Assembly (NCBI GenBank): GCA_965202785.1
Contig: OZ241855.1
Coordinates: 32,001-96,000, forward strand
Length of the DNA stretch: 64,000 nt
Direction of reading: 5' to 3'
Source of the DNA: Thermodesulfobacteriota bacterium
GTDB lineage: Bacteria > Desulfobacterota_D > UBA1144 > Nemesobacterales > Nemesobacteraceae
The position numbers and the translations under genes were made by a program. Below, one piece after another: positions 19,404-30,145 of this stretch (position 1 is its first letter; the number at the start of each line of letters is the position of its first letter). The notes beneath the pieces are model-generated. The model searched no databases. It worked only from the letters and a program-made list of their open reading frames with translations, and was not told where the DNA came from.

Positions 19404-22070
19404 CTACCCCGATATCATCTGGCGCAGGACGGTCTGAAGTATCCCGCCGTTTCGGTAATACTCGACCTCAACCGGGGTATCGAGCCTGCACGTGGCGTGA
19501 AATTCCCTCTGCCCGCCATCTGCATCCGTCACGGTCACGGCCATCTGTTTGCCCGGATAAAGATCCTCCGAGATCCCGCTTATACTGAAGGTCTCAAAGC
19601 CCGTAAGGCCGAGGGATTCGGCGCTCTCTCCCTCTTCGAACTGAAGGGGCAGAACCCCCATTCCCACCAGGTTGCTTCTGTGAATCCGCTCGAAGCTCTC
19701 GGCTATGACGCACCTTGCGCCCAGAAGAGCGGTGCCCTTCGCGGCCCAGTCCCGGGAACTTCCCGTCCCGTACTCCTTCCCGCCGATCACGACAAGGTCC
19801 GTCCCGTCGCTCATGTACCTTGAGGACGCTTCGTAAATCGACATTTCCTCTCCCGTGGGAACGTGCACGGTCAACCCTCCTTCCTTTCCTCCGACCATCT
19901 TGTTCCTTATCCTGATGTTAGCAAACGACCCGCGGATCATAACCTCGTGGTTCCCCCTCCTTGAGCCGAAGCTGTTAAAGCTCCTCTGGGTAACGCCCTT
20001 CGAGATAAGGTAGCCGCCCGCGGGGCCGTCCTTGGGGATTGAGCCCGCCGGGGAGATATGGTCCGTGGTTATCGAGTCCCCGAGAAGCGCGAGCACGTTC
20101 GCGTTCTCTATGTCCTCGGGATCTTCGGGCTCAAGCGGGAAATCATCGAAAAATGGGGGCTCCTGTATGTAGGTTGATTCCGTATCCCACTCGTAAATGT
20201 CTGAGTGCGGGGCCTCAAGAGACTTCCAGGTCTCATCGCCCTCGAAAACCCGGGAGTACTGGCTGTTGAATATCTCGGGGGTGATTGACTGCGAAACGGT
20301 GTCGATTATCTCCTGCTGCGTCGGCCAGATGTCCTTTAGGTACACTTCGTCCCCGTCGCTTCCGACCCCTAGGGGTTCCGTGTAGAGATCAATTCCCACC
20401 TTGCCGGCTATCGCGAACGCCACTACAAGCGGAGGCGACGCCAGGTAGGCGAACTTCACGAGCGGGTGCACCCTGCCCTCAAAATTCCTGTTTCCGCTAA
20501 GAACCGCGGCGCAGGTAAGATCGCCCTCCCTTATGGCCGCGTCCACGTCTTCTGGAAGCGGGCCGCTGTTTCCTATGCAGGTCGTGCATCCGTACCCGAC
20601 CAAGTCAAAGCCCAGTTCTTCAAGGTACGGGGTAAGTCCCGCAGCGTTTAGGTAATCCGTTACCACCCTCGATCCCGGCGCCAGGCTCGTTTTCACGTAA
20701 GGCGAAACGGTGAGCCCTCTCTCGACGGCCTTCTTGGCAAAAAGCCCCGCCCCCACCATGACGGAGGGATTAGATGTGTTGGTACAGCTCGTTATGGCGG
20801 CTATCACCACCGAGCCGTCCGAGATTCCGTTCGCGGCGCGCGTGGCGTCTCCGTTCGCGGCAAGCCCTCTCGCCTGGAGGTTCTCGTTGTAGGAGCTTTT
20901 CATGTCGCCGAGCGATATCCTGTCCTGCGGGCGGCTCGGGCCCGCAAGTGAGGGTTCCACCGTTGATATGTCAAGTTCCAGCGTATCGGTGTAAACCGGA
21001 TCCTCGGCGTCGTCTGTTCTGAACATCTTCTGTTCCTTGGTGTAGGCCTCAACCAGCGTGGCGGCGTCATTCCTGCCCGTCGTCTCGAGATAGCGCAGGG
21101 TTTCTGCGTCCACCGGGAAAAATCCCATGGTGGCTCCGTACTCGGGAGCCATGTTCGCTATAGTGGCCTGATCAGAGAGCGCGAGATTGCTCACTCCGGG
21201 CCCGAAAAACTCGACGAACTTGCCGACAACCCCCTTTTTCCTGAGCATCTCGGTCACCGTGAGAACCAGGTCCGTTGCGGTGACTCCCTGGGAGAGGCGG
21301 CCTGTGAGCCTGAATCCGATAACGTCGGGTATCAGCATGTAAAGCGGCTGCCCGAGCATGCACGCCTCCGCCTCTATTCCCCCCACTCCCCAGCCCATGA
21401 CGCTTAGGCCGTTTATCATGGTCGTGTGGGAATCCGTTCCCACAAGGGTGTCCGGGTAAGCCACCGACTCCGAGTTGACCTGCTTTGAGACAACCACGCT
21501 CGCAAGGCACTCAAGGTTCACCTGGTGCACTATTCCGGTCCCCGGCGGCACGACCCTGAAATTGTCAAAAGACCCCTGGGCCCACTTAAGAAATGTATAT
21601 CTTTCCCTGTTTCTTTCGTACTCGACTTCCACGTTCTTGCCGAAAGCGTCGCCGCTTGCGAAATAGTCGACCTGAACTGAGTGGTCTATGACGAGATCAA
21701 CGGGAACTATGGGATTCACAAGCGAGGGGTCTCCCCCTTTTTTCTCGACCACCGACCTCATCGCGGCAAGGTCGACCACGCAGGGAACTCCCGTGAAATC
21801 CTGAAGTATCACTCTCGCCGGGTTGTAGGGAATCTCCTTGGCCTCGGCGTTCGAGGGATCCCAGTTGGCAAGGGACTCAACGTGCCGCTCCGTCACGGTC
21901 TCTCCGTCAAGGTTCCTGAGCACGTTCTCAAGCAGTATTCTTATTGAAAAAGGAAGTCTAGAAATAGATGCTCCGTAGCGCGATTCAAGCTTCGCGAGGG
22001 AGTATATCTTGTAGGTTTTGTCCCCGACTGCGAGGTCGGAGAGAGCCCCTAGATGATTAGTTAAAGCCAT
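19404..22070 (-). CDS. acnA: Aconitate hydratase A
   Basis: [49 protein letters not shown]. Confidence 0.98.
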   Translation of the reverse strand: MALTNHLGALSDLAVGDKTYKIYSLAKLESRYGASISRLPFSIRILLENVLRNLDGETVTERHVESLANWDPSNAEAKEIPYNPARVILQDFTGVPCVVDLAAMRSVVEKKGGDPSLVNPIVPVDLVIDHSVQVDYFASGDAFGKNVEVEYERNRERYTFLKWAQGSFDNFRVVPPGTGIVHQVNLECLASVVVSKQVNSESVAYPDTLVGTDSHTTMINGLSVMGWGVGGIEAEACMLGQPLYMLIPDVIGFRLTGRLSQGVTATDLVLTVTEMLRKKGVVGKFVEFFGPGVSNLALSDQATIANMAPEYGATMGFFPVDAETLRYLETTGRNDAATLVEAYTKEQKMFRTDDAEDPVYTDTLELDISTVEPSLAGPSRPQDRISLGDMKSSYNENLQARGLAANGDATRAANGISDGSVVIAAITSCTNTSNPSVMVGAGLFAKKAVERGLTVSPYVKTSLAPGSRVVTDYLNAAGLTPYLEELGFDLVGYGCTTCIGNSGPLPEDVDAAIREGDLTCAAVLSGNRNFEGRVHPLVKFAYLASPPLVVAFAIAGKVGIDLYTEPLGVGSDGDEVYLKDIWPTQQEIIDTVSQSITPEIFNSQYSRVFEGDETWKSLEAPHSDIYEWDTESTYIQEPPFFDDFPLEPEDPEDIENANVLALLGDSITTDHISPAGSIPKDGPAGGYLISKGVTQRSFNSFGSRRGNHEVMIRGSFANIRIRNKMVGGKEGGLTVHVPTGEEMSIYEASSRYMSDGTDLVVIGGKEYGTGSSRDWAAKGTALLGARCVIAESFERIHRSNLVGMGVLPLQFEEGESAESLGLTGFETFSISGISEDLYPGKQMAVTVTDADGGQREFHATCRLDTPVEVEYYRNGGILQTVLRQMISG

Positions 22071-22219
22071 ACTGTACCTCTCTCTCTTCAAGGTTCCGCA
22101 TTTGCGGAGTTAGCGGGGTATTTTACCAAAACGAGCGGAAAAATAAAACCGCTCCCCGCGCAACGCGCGTGAGCTAAGCGATTTCGGAGTTACGGAGGGT
22201 TTTTTGTGACTTAGGAACG

Positions 22220-23452
22220 TCAGCTGAACTTGCGAAGCGCGACACTCACGTTCGTTCCGCCGAAACCGTAGGAATTGCTGAGCGCCACCTCTATGTCGCT
22301 CTCCCTCGCGGTGTGCGGAACGTAATCCAGATCGCATTCAGGATCGCTCTCAAAGAGGTTTATAGTCGGCGGCAAAACGCCGTCTCGAAGCGCAAGCACG
22401 CAGATTGCCGCTTCCACCGCGCCCGCCGCTCCCAGCAGGTGGCCGGTCATGGATTTCGTGGAACTCACCGGAATTCGCCGGGCGTCCTCGCCGAACACTT
22501 CCTTGATCGCGTTGGTCTCGTTAACGTCGTTAAGACGCGTCGAGGTTCCGTGGGCGTTTATGTAGTCCACGTCCCCGGGATTAAGGCCCGAATCCGAAAG
22601 AGCCGCGTTCATGCAGCTGCTCGGTCCCTCAAGCGAAGGCGCCGTGATGTGAAAAGCGTCCGCGCTCATTCCGGAGCCCAGCACCTCGGCGTATATCCTG
22701 GCGCCCCTTTTTTTCGCGAACTCAAGCTCTTCAAGAATCAGCACTCCCGCCCCTTCTGAAAGGATAAACCCGTCGCGCCCCGCCTCAAAAGGCCTTGAAG
22801 CGGTCTCGGGATCGTCGTTTCTGGTTGAAAGCGCCTTCATGGCGTTAAAAGCCGCGAAGGTAAGGGGTATAAGCGGAGCTTCGGCTCCGCCGGCTATCAT
22901 AACGTCCGCCTTGCCGTCCTTTATTATCTTGGCGGAAAGCGCAAGCGAGTGGCCGCTTGCGGAACACGCTGTCGTCGAGGAACAGTTAGGACCCTTGGCG
23001 TTGAACCTTATCGAGACGTATCCCGAAGCCATGTTGGTCACTATATTGGGTATGAAAAAAGGAGAAACGCGGCCCGGACCCTTGTTCTCCATCGTAAGCA
23101 CGGTGTCGTAGAAGGTCTTCATCCCGCCGATTCCCGATCCGATAAAAGTCCCCGTGCGCCCGGAGATATCATCGGTAACCTCAAGCCCCGCGTCAGAGAG
23201 CGCAAGCGCCGTTGACGCGATGGAGAGTTGAATGAACCTGTCGTTTCTCTTCGCGTCCTTGGGCTCCATGTAGAGCGTGGGATCGAAATCCTTCACCTGC
23301 CCGGCGATCTGGGTTTTAAGATCCGAGGGATCAAAGGACGAAACCCTGCTCACTCCGGGGGTCCCTTCGCAGATTGAAGACCACGTGGCGTCGTTCCCCA
23401 CCCCGACGGGCGTTATTAGCCCTATGCCTGTAACCACTACCCTTCTTGACAT
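22220..23452 (-). CDS. fabF: 3-oxoacyl-ACP synthase II
   Basis: TACSAS, INAHGTST, KSMTGHLLGAAG, SNSYGFGGTN. Confidence 0.96.
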   Translation of the reverse strand: MSRRVVVTGIGLITPVGVGNDATWSSICEGTPGVSRVSSFDPSDLKTQIAGQVKDFDPTLYMEPKDAKRNDRFIQLSIASTALALSDAGLEVTDDISGRTGTFIGSGIGGMKTFYDTVLTMENKGPGRVSPFFIPNIVTNMASGYVSIRFNAKGPNCSSTTACSASGHSLALSAKIIKDGKADVMIAGGAEAPLIPLTFAAFNAMKALSTRNDDPETASRPFEAGRDGFILSEGAGVLILEELEFAKKRGARIYAEVLGSGMSADAFHITAPSLEGPSSCMNAALSDSGLNPGDVDYINAHGTSTRLNDVNETNAIKEVFGEDARRIPVSSTKSMTGHLLGAAGAVEAAICVLALRDGVLPPTINLFESDPECDLDYVPHTARESDIEVALSNSYGFGGTNVSVALRKFS

Positions 23453-23458
23453 ATTTCC

Positions 23459-23725
23459 TCAGCCATCCTCCGAAGCGGATTCAACTGAACTCTGGATAAA
23501 GTTGATCGCGTCCTGAACGGTTATTATGTTCTCCGCGTCTTCATCCGAGATCTCAAGCCCGAACTCATCCTCCATGGACATTATGAGTTCCACGAGGTCA
23601 AGCGAGTCGGCTCCGAGATCCTCTATAAAGGAAGAATCGGGAGTTATCTCCTCCTCGGACTTGCCGAGGTGGCTCGCGACCATTTCCTTTACCTTAGCTA
23701 AAATTTCCGCATTATCCTTTGACAT
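23459..23725 (-). CDS. acpP: Acyl carrier protein
   Basis: [12 protein letters not shown] motif. Confidence 0.97.
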   Translation of the reverse strand: MSKDNAEILAKVKEMVASHLGKSEEEITPDSSFIEDLGADSLDLVELIMSMEDEFGLEISDEDAENIITVQDAINFIQSSVESASEDG

Positions 23726-23749
23726 ATGAGTCAAACCTCCTACTAAATT

Positions 23750-24499
23750 TTACATGTAAATTCCGCCGTTAACCTTTATAACCTCCCCGGTTATATACGA
23801 GGCGCCTTCGGAAATCAGGAAACACACAACACTTGAGATATCCTCAACGCGCCCGAAGCGGCCGAGAGGTATGGCTTCCAGATATTTCTTTCTCATGTCC
23901 TCGTTAAGGTCGGCGATAATATCCGTTTCAACAAAACCGGGACTTACGGCGTTTACCGTTATCCCTCTTGGGCTGAACTCCTTGGCCGTCGATTTCGTAA
24001 AGCCTATTACCCCGGCTTTCGAGGCGGCGTAATTCGCCTGCCCCGGGTTTCCAGCCTCCCCGGCAGCCGAGATGATATTCACTATTCTTCCGTAACGGTT
24101 CTTGAACATGCCCCTTGAAACCGCCTTGGTACAGTTAAACGTTCCCTTGAGGTTTATATCCATGACGCGGTCCCAGTCCTCCTCCCCCATCCTCATCAAA
24201 AGCCCGTCATTCCTTATACCCGCATTGTTAACGAGTATCTGTATTCCGTTAAGCTCGCTTGAGAGTTCCCCCACGATTTTTTGAACCTCGTCAAAATCGG
24301 AAACATCAAAGCCGACCACCCTGCCGCTGCCCCCGTCCTGCTCTATCTCCCCCAGGGTTTCCTCGGCCGCCTCCTGGTTGCTCGCGTAGTTAATCAGCAC
24401 GTACGCGCCGCAGGAGGCGAGTTTCTTCGCAATGTCTTTTCCTATCCCCCGCGATCCGCCCGTGACAAGGGCAACCTGGTTAGTCAGTTCCAGTTTCAT
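23750..24499 (-). CDS. fabG: 3-oxoacyl-ACP reductase
   Basis: TGGSRGIG, NNAGI, YAASK; probable start MKLEL at 24499. Confidence 0.96.
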   Translation of the reverse strand: MKLELTNQVALVTGGSRGIGKDIAKKLASCGAYVLINYASNQEAAEETLGEIEQDGGSGRVVGFDVSDFDEVQKIVGELSSELNGIQILVNNAGIRNDGLLMRMGEEDWDRVMDINLKGTFNCTKAVSRGMFKNRYGRIVNIISAAGEAGNPGQANYAASKAGVIGFTKSTAKEFSPRGITVNAVSPGFVETDIIADLNEDMRKKYLEAIPLGRFGRVEDISSVVCFLISEGASYITGEVIKVNGGIYM

Positions 24500-25421
24500 G
24501 TGCTTTAATATGATGTAACTCGTCCGGTTTTTCAATACCGGCGCAACTAACGCCTTTAAGAGTTCTTTTCACAAGACCGCTCAGAACCTTGGAGGGGCCG
24601 ATCTCGAGAAACTCGGAAACCCCGGAGTTCTTCAGGAACTCAAGGGACTCAGCCCATCTCACGGGACTTACCACCTGCTCTACCAGGATGTCCGCCACCC
24701 TCGTGGAATCGGAGTTGGCCTCCGCCCCGACATTTGTGACTACGGGATACTTAATGGGGCGAAAATCTATTTCCGAAAGAACGTCCCCGAGACGCGCGGC
24801 CGCGGGCTCCATGAGGGAGCAGTGAAAAGGCGCGCTTACCTCGAGCTCGACGACCCGTCTTGCCCCTTTTTCCCTGGCAAGCTCCGATGCGGCCTCGACG
24901 GCCCGGGCTTCTCCCGAGATAACGGTCTGGGTGGGTGAATTGAAATTGGCCGGGGAAACCACGCTCTGCTCCCCCGCAACCTCGGCGCAGAGCCCGCTTA
25001 CTTCCTCTGACGTTAGGCCGAGCACGGCAGCCATTTTCCCGACTCCCGCCGGAACCGCCTCCTGCATGAACTCCCCTCTTTTTCTCACGGTACGCACGGC
25101 GTCGCCAAACCCGAGGCACCCGGACGCGACAAGGGCCGTAAATTCCCCGAGGCTGTGCCCCGCCACCAGGTCCGGCCTTACCTCCGTCTCCTCAAGGACC
25201 ACTCTTAACGCCGCCACGCTTGCTGTAAGTATCGCCGGCTGCGCGTTCGCGGTAAGGGCTAGGGTCGCCGCCTCGCCCTCAAAGCAAAGCTTCGCTATGT
25301 CAACTCCGAGAGCGTCGCTTGCTTCCTCGAAAGTCCGCCTGGCAACCTCGAACTCGGTGCAGAAGTCAGCGCCCATACCAATGTACTGGGAACCCTGGCC
25401 TGGAAAAAGGAAAGCTATCAT
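24480..25421 (-). CDS. fabD: Malonyl-CoA:ACP transacylase
   Basis: FPGQGSQ, GHSLGE, SAPFH. Confidence 0.97.
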   Translation of the reverse strand: MIAFLFPGQGSQYIGMGADFCTEFEVARRTFEEASDALGVDIAKLCFEGEAATLALTANAQPAILTASVAALRVVLEETEVRPDLVAGHSLGEFTALVASGCLGFGDAVRTVRKRGEFMQEAVPAGVGKMAAVLGLTSEEVSGLCAEVAGEQSVVSPANFNSPTQTVISGEARAVEAASELAREKGARRVVELEVSAPFHCSLMEPAAARLGDVLSEIDFRPIKYPVVTNVGAEANSDSTRVADILVEQVVSPVRWAESLEFLKNSGVSEFLEIGPSKVLSGLVKRTLKGVSCAGIEKPDELHHIKAHETGTD

Positions 25422-25436
25422 GGATTCAGTGTGTTT

Positions 25437-25640
25437 TTAGTCTTCCGCAGGGACTTCGGTATCCGGAGCCTCTCTGAAGAAATTCCTTCCCTTGTAGTAA
25501 CCGCAGCTGGGACACGCCCTGTGGGGAGGCTTCATCTCGTTGCACTCGGGACAGAAGGAAGCTCCCGGCACCGCGACTCTGTAATGGGTTCTTCTTTTTC
25601 TCGATTTCGATTTGGAAGTCTTTCTCTTGGGTAATGCCAT
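25437..25640 (-). CDS. rpmF: 50S ribosomal protein L32 (Zn-ribbon form)
   Basis: MALPKRKTSKSK, CPEC...HRACPSCGYY. Confidence 0.97.
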   Translation of the reverse strand: MALPKRKTSKSKSRKRRTHYRVAVPGASFCPECNEMKPPHRACPSCGYYKGRNFFREAPDTEVPAED

Positions 25641-25660
25641 CTCAATCTCCTGGCTTGAAG

Positions 25661-26170
25661 CTATATCTTTATATTTTTAAGTACCGCAAAACGCGAGTCT
25701 TTCTGGTGGGTCTCGCATCCGCAGCGCTGCTCGTTCAGGTTCTGCCCGCACTCGCTGCAAAGTCCCCTGCAGTCCTCGGCGCAGAGCACCTTGTAGGGAA
25801 GCGAAAGATTCACCTGTTCTCTCATGTAATCGTTAAGGTCTATTTTTCTCCCGCGGTAAGTTTCATAATCTATCTCCCCGCCCGCTTCCTCCTTCCTTTC
25901 CGTCTCAGAAGGCGAAAGGATGAGTTTTACCTCAAGATTCGTATCAACGCTTACGTCGCTTAAGCAACGGGAACACCGGGCGGCGGCCAGGAATCCGATT
26001 TTCCCCCGCACGCTTATCTCGCCCGCCGTGCGTAAAAGATCAATATGAAACTCTATATCGGAATCCACGCTCGCGACCTCTGATTTCTCGGAACCGCCGA
26101 GCCATCCCGGCCCCCTCTTTAGATCAAGGCTTAATCCGCCGTCTCCTATTTCCGATACGTTAACTATCAT
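25661..26170 (-). CDS. yceD: DUF177/YceD family protein
   Basis: CSRCL, CAEDCRGLCSECGQNLN, DSRFAVLK; upstream of rpmF. Confidence 0.92.
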   Translation of the reverse strand: MIVNVSEIGDGGLSLDLKRGPGWLGGSEKSEVASVDSDIEFHIDLLRTAGEISVRGKIGFLAAARCSRCLSDVSVDTNLEVKLILSPSETERKEEAGGEIDYETYRGRKIDLNDYMREQVNLSLPYKVLCAEDCRGLCSECGQNLNEQRCGCETHQKDSRFAVLKNIKI

Positions 26171-26405
26171 CGCGCGGAAACCCCGCCTGTTAAAATCGTT
26201 CTAATATAAACCACAATCGCTTTATTGCAAGTTATTCAGAAAAAATGGAAAGATCCTTCTAATATCGCTCTCTTCTTAACGCTTTGATGTATACCTATCT
26301 CTATAAGAATTAGCATAGTACTTAAAAGGTCTAGGACTAGACAGACAGTCCAAGTTCAGTTATCGATATCTTGCCATTAAAACAGAGACTGAGACAGTGG
26401 AGAAT

Positions 26406-26525
26406 ATGTTGGATTTAATACAGCTTTTGTTGTTTCTGTTTGCGGGATTTGTTACTGCTGCAACACTCTCTAACTTATACGTCTTACCCCAAGCTTTTCC
26501 GGTAGGGATTTTTCAAAAACCTTAG
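26406..26525 (+). CDS. Possible 39-aa hydrophobic peptide
   Basis: GGAGA RBS; MLDLIQLLLFLFAGFVTAATLSNLYVLPQAFPVGIFQKP; below the ORF-track cutoff. Confidence 0.3.
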   Translation: MLDLIQLLLFLFAGFVTAATLSNLYVLPQAFPVGIFQKP

Positions 26526-26544
26526 CAATGGACAGAACTGCGTA

Positions 26545-28380
26545 ATGAAAGAAATACAGGGTGACGCAAAGAATATATCTAGTCTTTTGGGCAACTCTAA
26601 GTTTTCCATTGATTACTACCAGCGCGAGTACAGGTGGGAAAAAAAACACGTAGTCAAGCTGATTGAAGATCTGACAGAAAAGTTTCTCGATAGCCATGAA
26701 AAGGGAAACGAACGTAGCGAAGTTGAAAATTACGGACGCTATTTTCTCGGTTCCGTTATTATCAGTCACAAAGACCATCGGAGATTCATAGTCGACGGTC
26801 AGCAGCGTCTTACCTCGATAACCCTGCTTTTAATTCACCTATACAGACATGCAGACAACGGCCAGAAGCAGCAGATATCAAACCTTGTCTTTTCTGAAAA
26901 ATTCGGTACCCGTTCTTTTAACCTTGATATTGATGAGCGCGCCGAGTGCATGGAAAGACTTTTCTCGGGAAACCCGTTTGACGAAATGGGGAAACCCGAA
27001 TCCGTGGCAAACATAGTCGCACGCTTTGAAGACATTGCCGACAGCTTTCCCGGTGAGTTGCTTGACCCGAAAATTCTTCCCTATTTCGCCGACTGGCTGA
27101 TGGAAAACGTATACTTGGTGGAAATAACCGCATACTCAGATGCTGACGCCTATACGATCTTCGAGACAATGAACGATCGCGGTCTTTCTCTTACGCCGAC
27201 GGATATGCTTAAAGGCTATCTTCTTGCTAATATCACCGATGCTCAACTTCGTAACGAAGCGAACCGCGTGTGGAGAGAACGCATCGAGTCGCTTCGGGAA
27301 CTAGGCAGGGAAGAAGACGCAGACTGTATCAAAAACTGGCTTCGGAGCCAACACGCAGAGACCATACGTGACCGAAGGCGAGGGGCTCAGCCCGGCGATT
27401 TTGATCTTATCGGCACCGAGTTCCACAGGTGGGTACGCAACCACGAGAAAGACCTCTCGCTTAACCGTAGCGCCGACTTCAGAAGTTTTATTAGCAATGA
27501 CTTCGAATTTTATAGCCGCTGGTATGAACATGTTCGCCGAGCTGCCGAAACATTAACCCAAGAACTGGAAACCGTTTACTTCAACGCACAGAATAATTTC
27601 ACGCTCCAGTATCAGGTTCTGCTGGCACCGATCAAACGAGGCGAAAGCGAAAAACTTATTCTTCTCAAGCTCCAGCTTGTCGCTTCTTTCATTGACATCC
27701 TGATTGCCCGGCGAGTCTGGAATTTTAAGTCGACAACCTATTCAACAATGCAGTATGCGATGCAGCTTCTGGTGCGCGATATTCGTGGCAGTTCCTTGGG
27801 GGAACTTACGGGAATACTGAACGAACGCCTTGTGAATGACGGGAATACGTTTGCGGGCAACGATGGCTTCCGTCTGCATGGTGCAAACAGAAGCCAGGTA
27901 CATCGTCTGCTTGCGCGCATGACTCACTATGTGGAGCTACACTCCGGTTGGGAGAATTCCCGCTATGAGGACTACGCTAAGCGTAGCGGCAAGGGCGGCT
28001 ACCAGATAGAACATATCTGGGCCAACCATCCCCAGCGTCACGAGGACGAATTCGATGACCCCAATGATTTTGATCAGTACCGCAACCGGATCGGCGGACT
28101 GGTACTGCTGCCAAATAGCGTAAACGCAAGTTTCGGAGATAATTCTTACACAGAAAAGCTTGATTACTATTACGGAGAAAATCTTTTAGCCCGGAGCCTT
28201 AATGAGAAAGCTTACAAACACGACCCCGGTTTTTCCCGATTCCTTGGAGAGTCGGAACTGCCATTCCGTCCGCACCTCAAGTTCAAAAGAGCTGATCTTG
28301 AGTCAAGACAAGAGCTTTACAGGAAAATCGCTGAGCGGATATGGAACCCGCAAGTACTGCTTCGGGAAGCGGATACCTAA
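26545..28380 (+). CDS. GmrSD-family type IV restriction endonuclease (DUF262 + DUF1524/HNH)
   Basis: YQREYRW, VDGQQRLT, IFETMNDRGLSL in the N-terminus; IEHIW...NRIGGLVLL...N in the C-terminus. Confidence 0.92.
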   Translation: MKEIQGDAKNISSLLGNSKFSIDYYQREYRWEKKHVVKLIEDLTEKFLDSHEKGNERSEVENYGRYFLGSVIISHKDHRRFIVDGQQRLTSITLLLIHLYRHADNGQKQQISNLVFSEKFGTRSFNLDIDERAECMERLFSGNPFDEMGKPESVANIVARFEDIADSFPGELLDPKILPYFADWLMENVYLVEITAYSDADAYTIFETMNDRGLSLTPTDMLKGYLLANITDAQLRNEANRVWRERIESLRELGREEDADCIKNWLRSQHAETIRDRRRGAQPGDFDLIGTEFHRWVRNHEKDLSLNRSADFRSFISNDFEFYSRWYEHVRRAAETLTQELETVYFNAQNNFTLQYQVLLAPIKRGESEKLILLKLQLVASFIDILIARRVWNFKSTTYSTMQYAMQLLVRDIRGSSLGELTGILNERLVNDGNTFAGNDGFRLHGANRSQVHRLLARMTHYVELHSGWENSRYEDYAKRSGKGGYQIEHIWANHPQRHEDEFDDPNDFDQYRNRIGGLVLLPNSVNASFGDNSYTEKLDYYYGENLLARSLNEKAYKHDPGFSRFLGESELPFRPHLKFKRADLESRQELYRKIAERIWNPQVLLREADT

Positions 28381-28517
28381 TTATTTCCAGCCGCACTGGC
28401 ACTTCTGTTGAATCTTTTGAAGAAGCTCTTGATGAATTTGGTTGTTTGATTCGGGCACATATAGAATATGCTTGCCGGAACGATAATGTTATTGGGAGAT
28501 TTAGGTCAGAAACATAA

Positions 28518-29123
28518 ATGAACGAGTTTCTTAAAACAGAGTATGAACAATGTCTTATGCTACTCAAGTATTACGATGAGCGACATCAATCCTTGGTCAA
28601 GTTTACGTCTGGATTATCAAGCGGCGTGCCGTCGCTGCTGTTGGCTTTTTATGGATTGGGGGGAGCAACCGTTGTGCATTTCTGGAAATTCGCGTCTTTA
28701 CTATCCGTTATGACTGCCATCAGTTTGCTTGCCATCTTTACCGTGATGGTTCAGGTTCGCCTGTATTTTGTATACCCGGCAAGGCAAGTGAATGCGATAA
28801 GAAAAGCTGCCCTCGAGGATGTATCTGAACTATTTACGAATAATCAGATGTATCTCGACACGACTTTCAGTGCGTTCAAGTGGTCAAGCGCACATTCGTT
28901 GCTCAATGCTTTTGTGGCACTTCAAATAGGAGCATTTGTAGGCTTGGCTATTTTTGGTCTTTATTTTGAGTCCAAGGATACGGATCATTTGGTTTTGGTT
29001 TCCGGCGGTGGCAGCATTGCTACGGCCAGCATCGTATTTGGGTTGTCCGCTTGGTACCTGCACGCAAAAAGCAAGTATCAGGCAGATAGAAGTATTCATG
29101 GTCAAATTGCTAAAGATGAGTAA
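28518..29123 (+). CDS. Hypothetical 4-TM membrane protein (effector-like)
   Basis: N-terminal 'FLKTEYEQC..LLKYYDER' helix followed by two TM hairpins; stop overlaps the next start. Confidence 0.75.
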   Translation: MNEFLKTEYEQCLMLLKYYDERHQSLVKFTSGLSSGVPSLLLAFYGLGGATVVHFWKFASLLSVMTAISLLAIFTVMVQVRLYFVYPARQVNAIRKAALEDVSELFTNNQMYLDTTFSAFKWSSAHSLLNAFVALQIGAFVGLAIFGLYFESKDTDHLVLVSGGGSIATASIVFGLSAWYLHAKSKYQADRSIHGQIAKDE

Positions 29124-29961
29124 CCTCAGAATCCTGATTCATAATGTCGGACATGGACAAGCGGTTCACGTGTTCACGCCGGTCGGCCAAACGGTCGTAA
29201 TAGACCTCGGTCGCTCGGCAAATTTCTCTCCGCTTGAATGGCTGAGGGGGCAGACCAGCACCATAGACCTTCTGACCATTACACATCCTCACGGGGATCA
29301 CATTGATGAAATTGTTCTCCTAGAAAAAATGGGTTTCACAGTAAGACAGTTTTGGCGGCCAGGGTGGCTCCCGAGAGATGAGGTATATAGTCAGAATCAG
29401 GGGTCGTACAAAAGCAAGCTCGATACTTACTTTGAAATGTCTGACAGTTATACAGCCCCCATCAAAGAGAGTGAACGCGTTGGCAACCCATCGGTCAGCG
29501 GAGGTGTATCTATTAGGCAATACGCTTCAAGTTCTTGTGGTGTTTCAAACATTAATAATCATAGCTTTGTAACAGTTCTTGACTATCGAGATGTGACAGT
29601 GGTCATTCCCGGTGATAATGAGCAAGCGTCATGGAACGAACTAATGAAAAATCGAGACTTCGCAACTGCAATGAACCGGGTTAACGTATTTATGGCTAGT
29701 CATCATGGTCGGGAGTCCGGGTACTACGCCGAGATATTTACTGGAAAACCAAATCTGTGTGTCGTTAGTGACGGTCCTGTCCAAGACACGGATGCTCGTC
29801 AGCGTTACTCTTATCACGCAGAAGGATGGATAGTTAACAAAAGGAATGATGGGTCTTCAGAAAAGCGGAACTGCGTGACGACCAGGCAGGATGGTTTTAT
29901 TGATATTGAAATTGGTCTGAATGCTAACAGCAAAACATATCTTTCGGTTGAAATTGACTGA
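29116..29961 (+). CDS. ComEC/Rec2-like metallo-beta-lactamase-fold hydrolase (standalone)
   Basis: NVGHGQ, IDLG, THPHGDHID, INNHS, PGDNE, SHHGRESG; probable start MSNLRI at 29116. Confidence 0.88.
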   Translation: MSNLRILIHNVGHGQAVHVFTPVGQTVVIDLGRSANFSPLEWLRGQTSTIDLLTITHPHGDHIDEIVLLEKMGFTVRQFWRPGWLPRDEVYSQNQGSYKSKLDTYFEMSDSYTAPIKESERVGNPSVSGGVSIRQYASSSCGVSNINNHSFVTVLDYRDVTVVIPGDNEQASWNELMKNRDFATAMNRVNVFMASHHGRESGYYAEIFTGKPNLCVVSDGPVQDTDARQRYSYHAEGWIVNKRNDGSSEKRNCVTTRQDGFIDIEIGLNANSKTYLSVEID

Positions 29962-30145
29962 CAGAATTCGGGTTTATGGATTATCGCCCCTCCCCCGATA
30001 ACCATTTTACGAGACAGGTGAATAATTACACAAAAAGAGAAGGTCAGGCTCAATTCTACAGTCTGATTGCCGCACGTATTCTTATGCTACGGGGTGACTT
30101 TCATGAATGCCGCGAGGATTTGTGCCACCGCTTTCCACATCGCAT

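Noticed and set aside
28954-29115. Longer N-terminus for the MBL hydrolase, or a true ComEC competence gene
   Set aside because: The extension overlaps the TM gene. The fold begins at ATG 29116 and there is no ComEC membrane domain.
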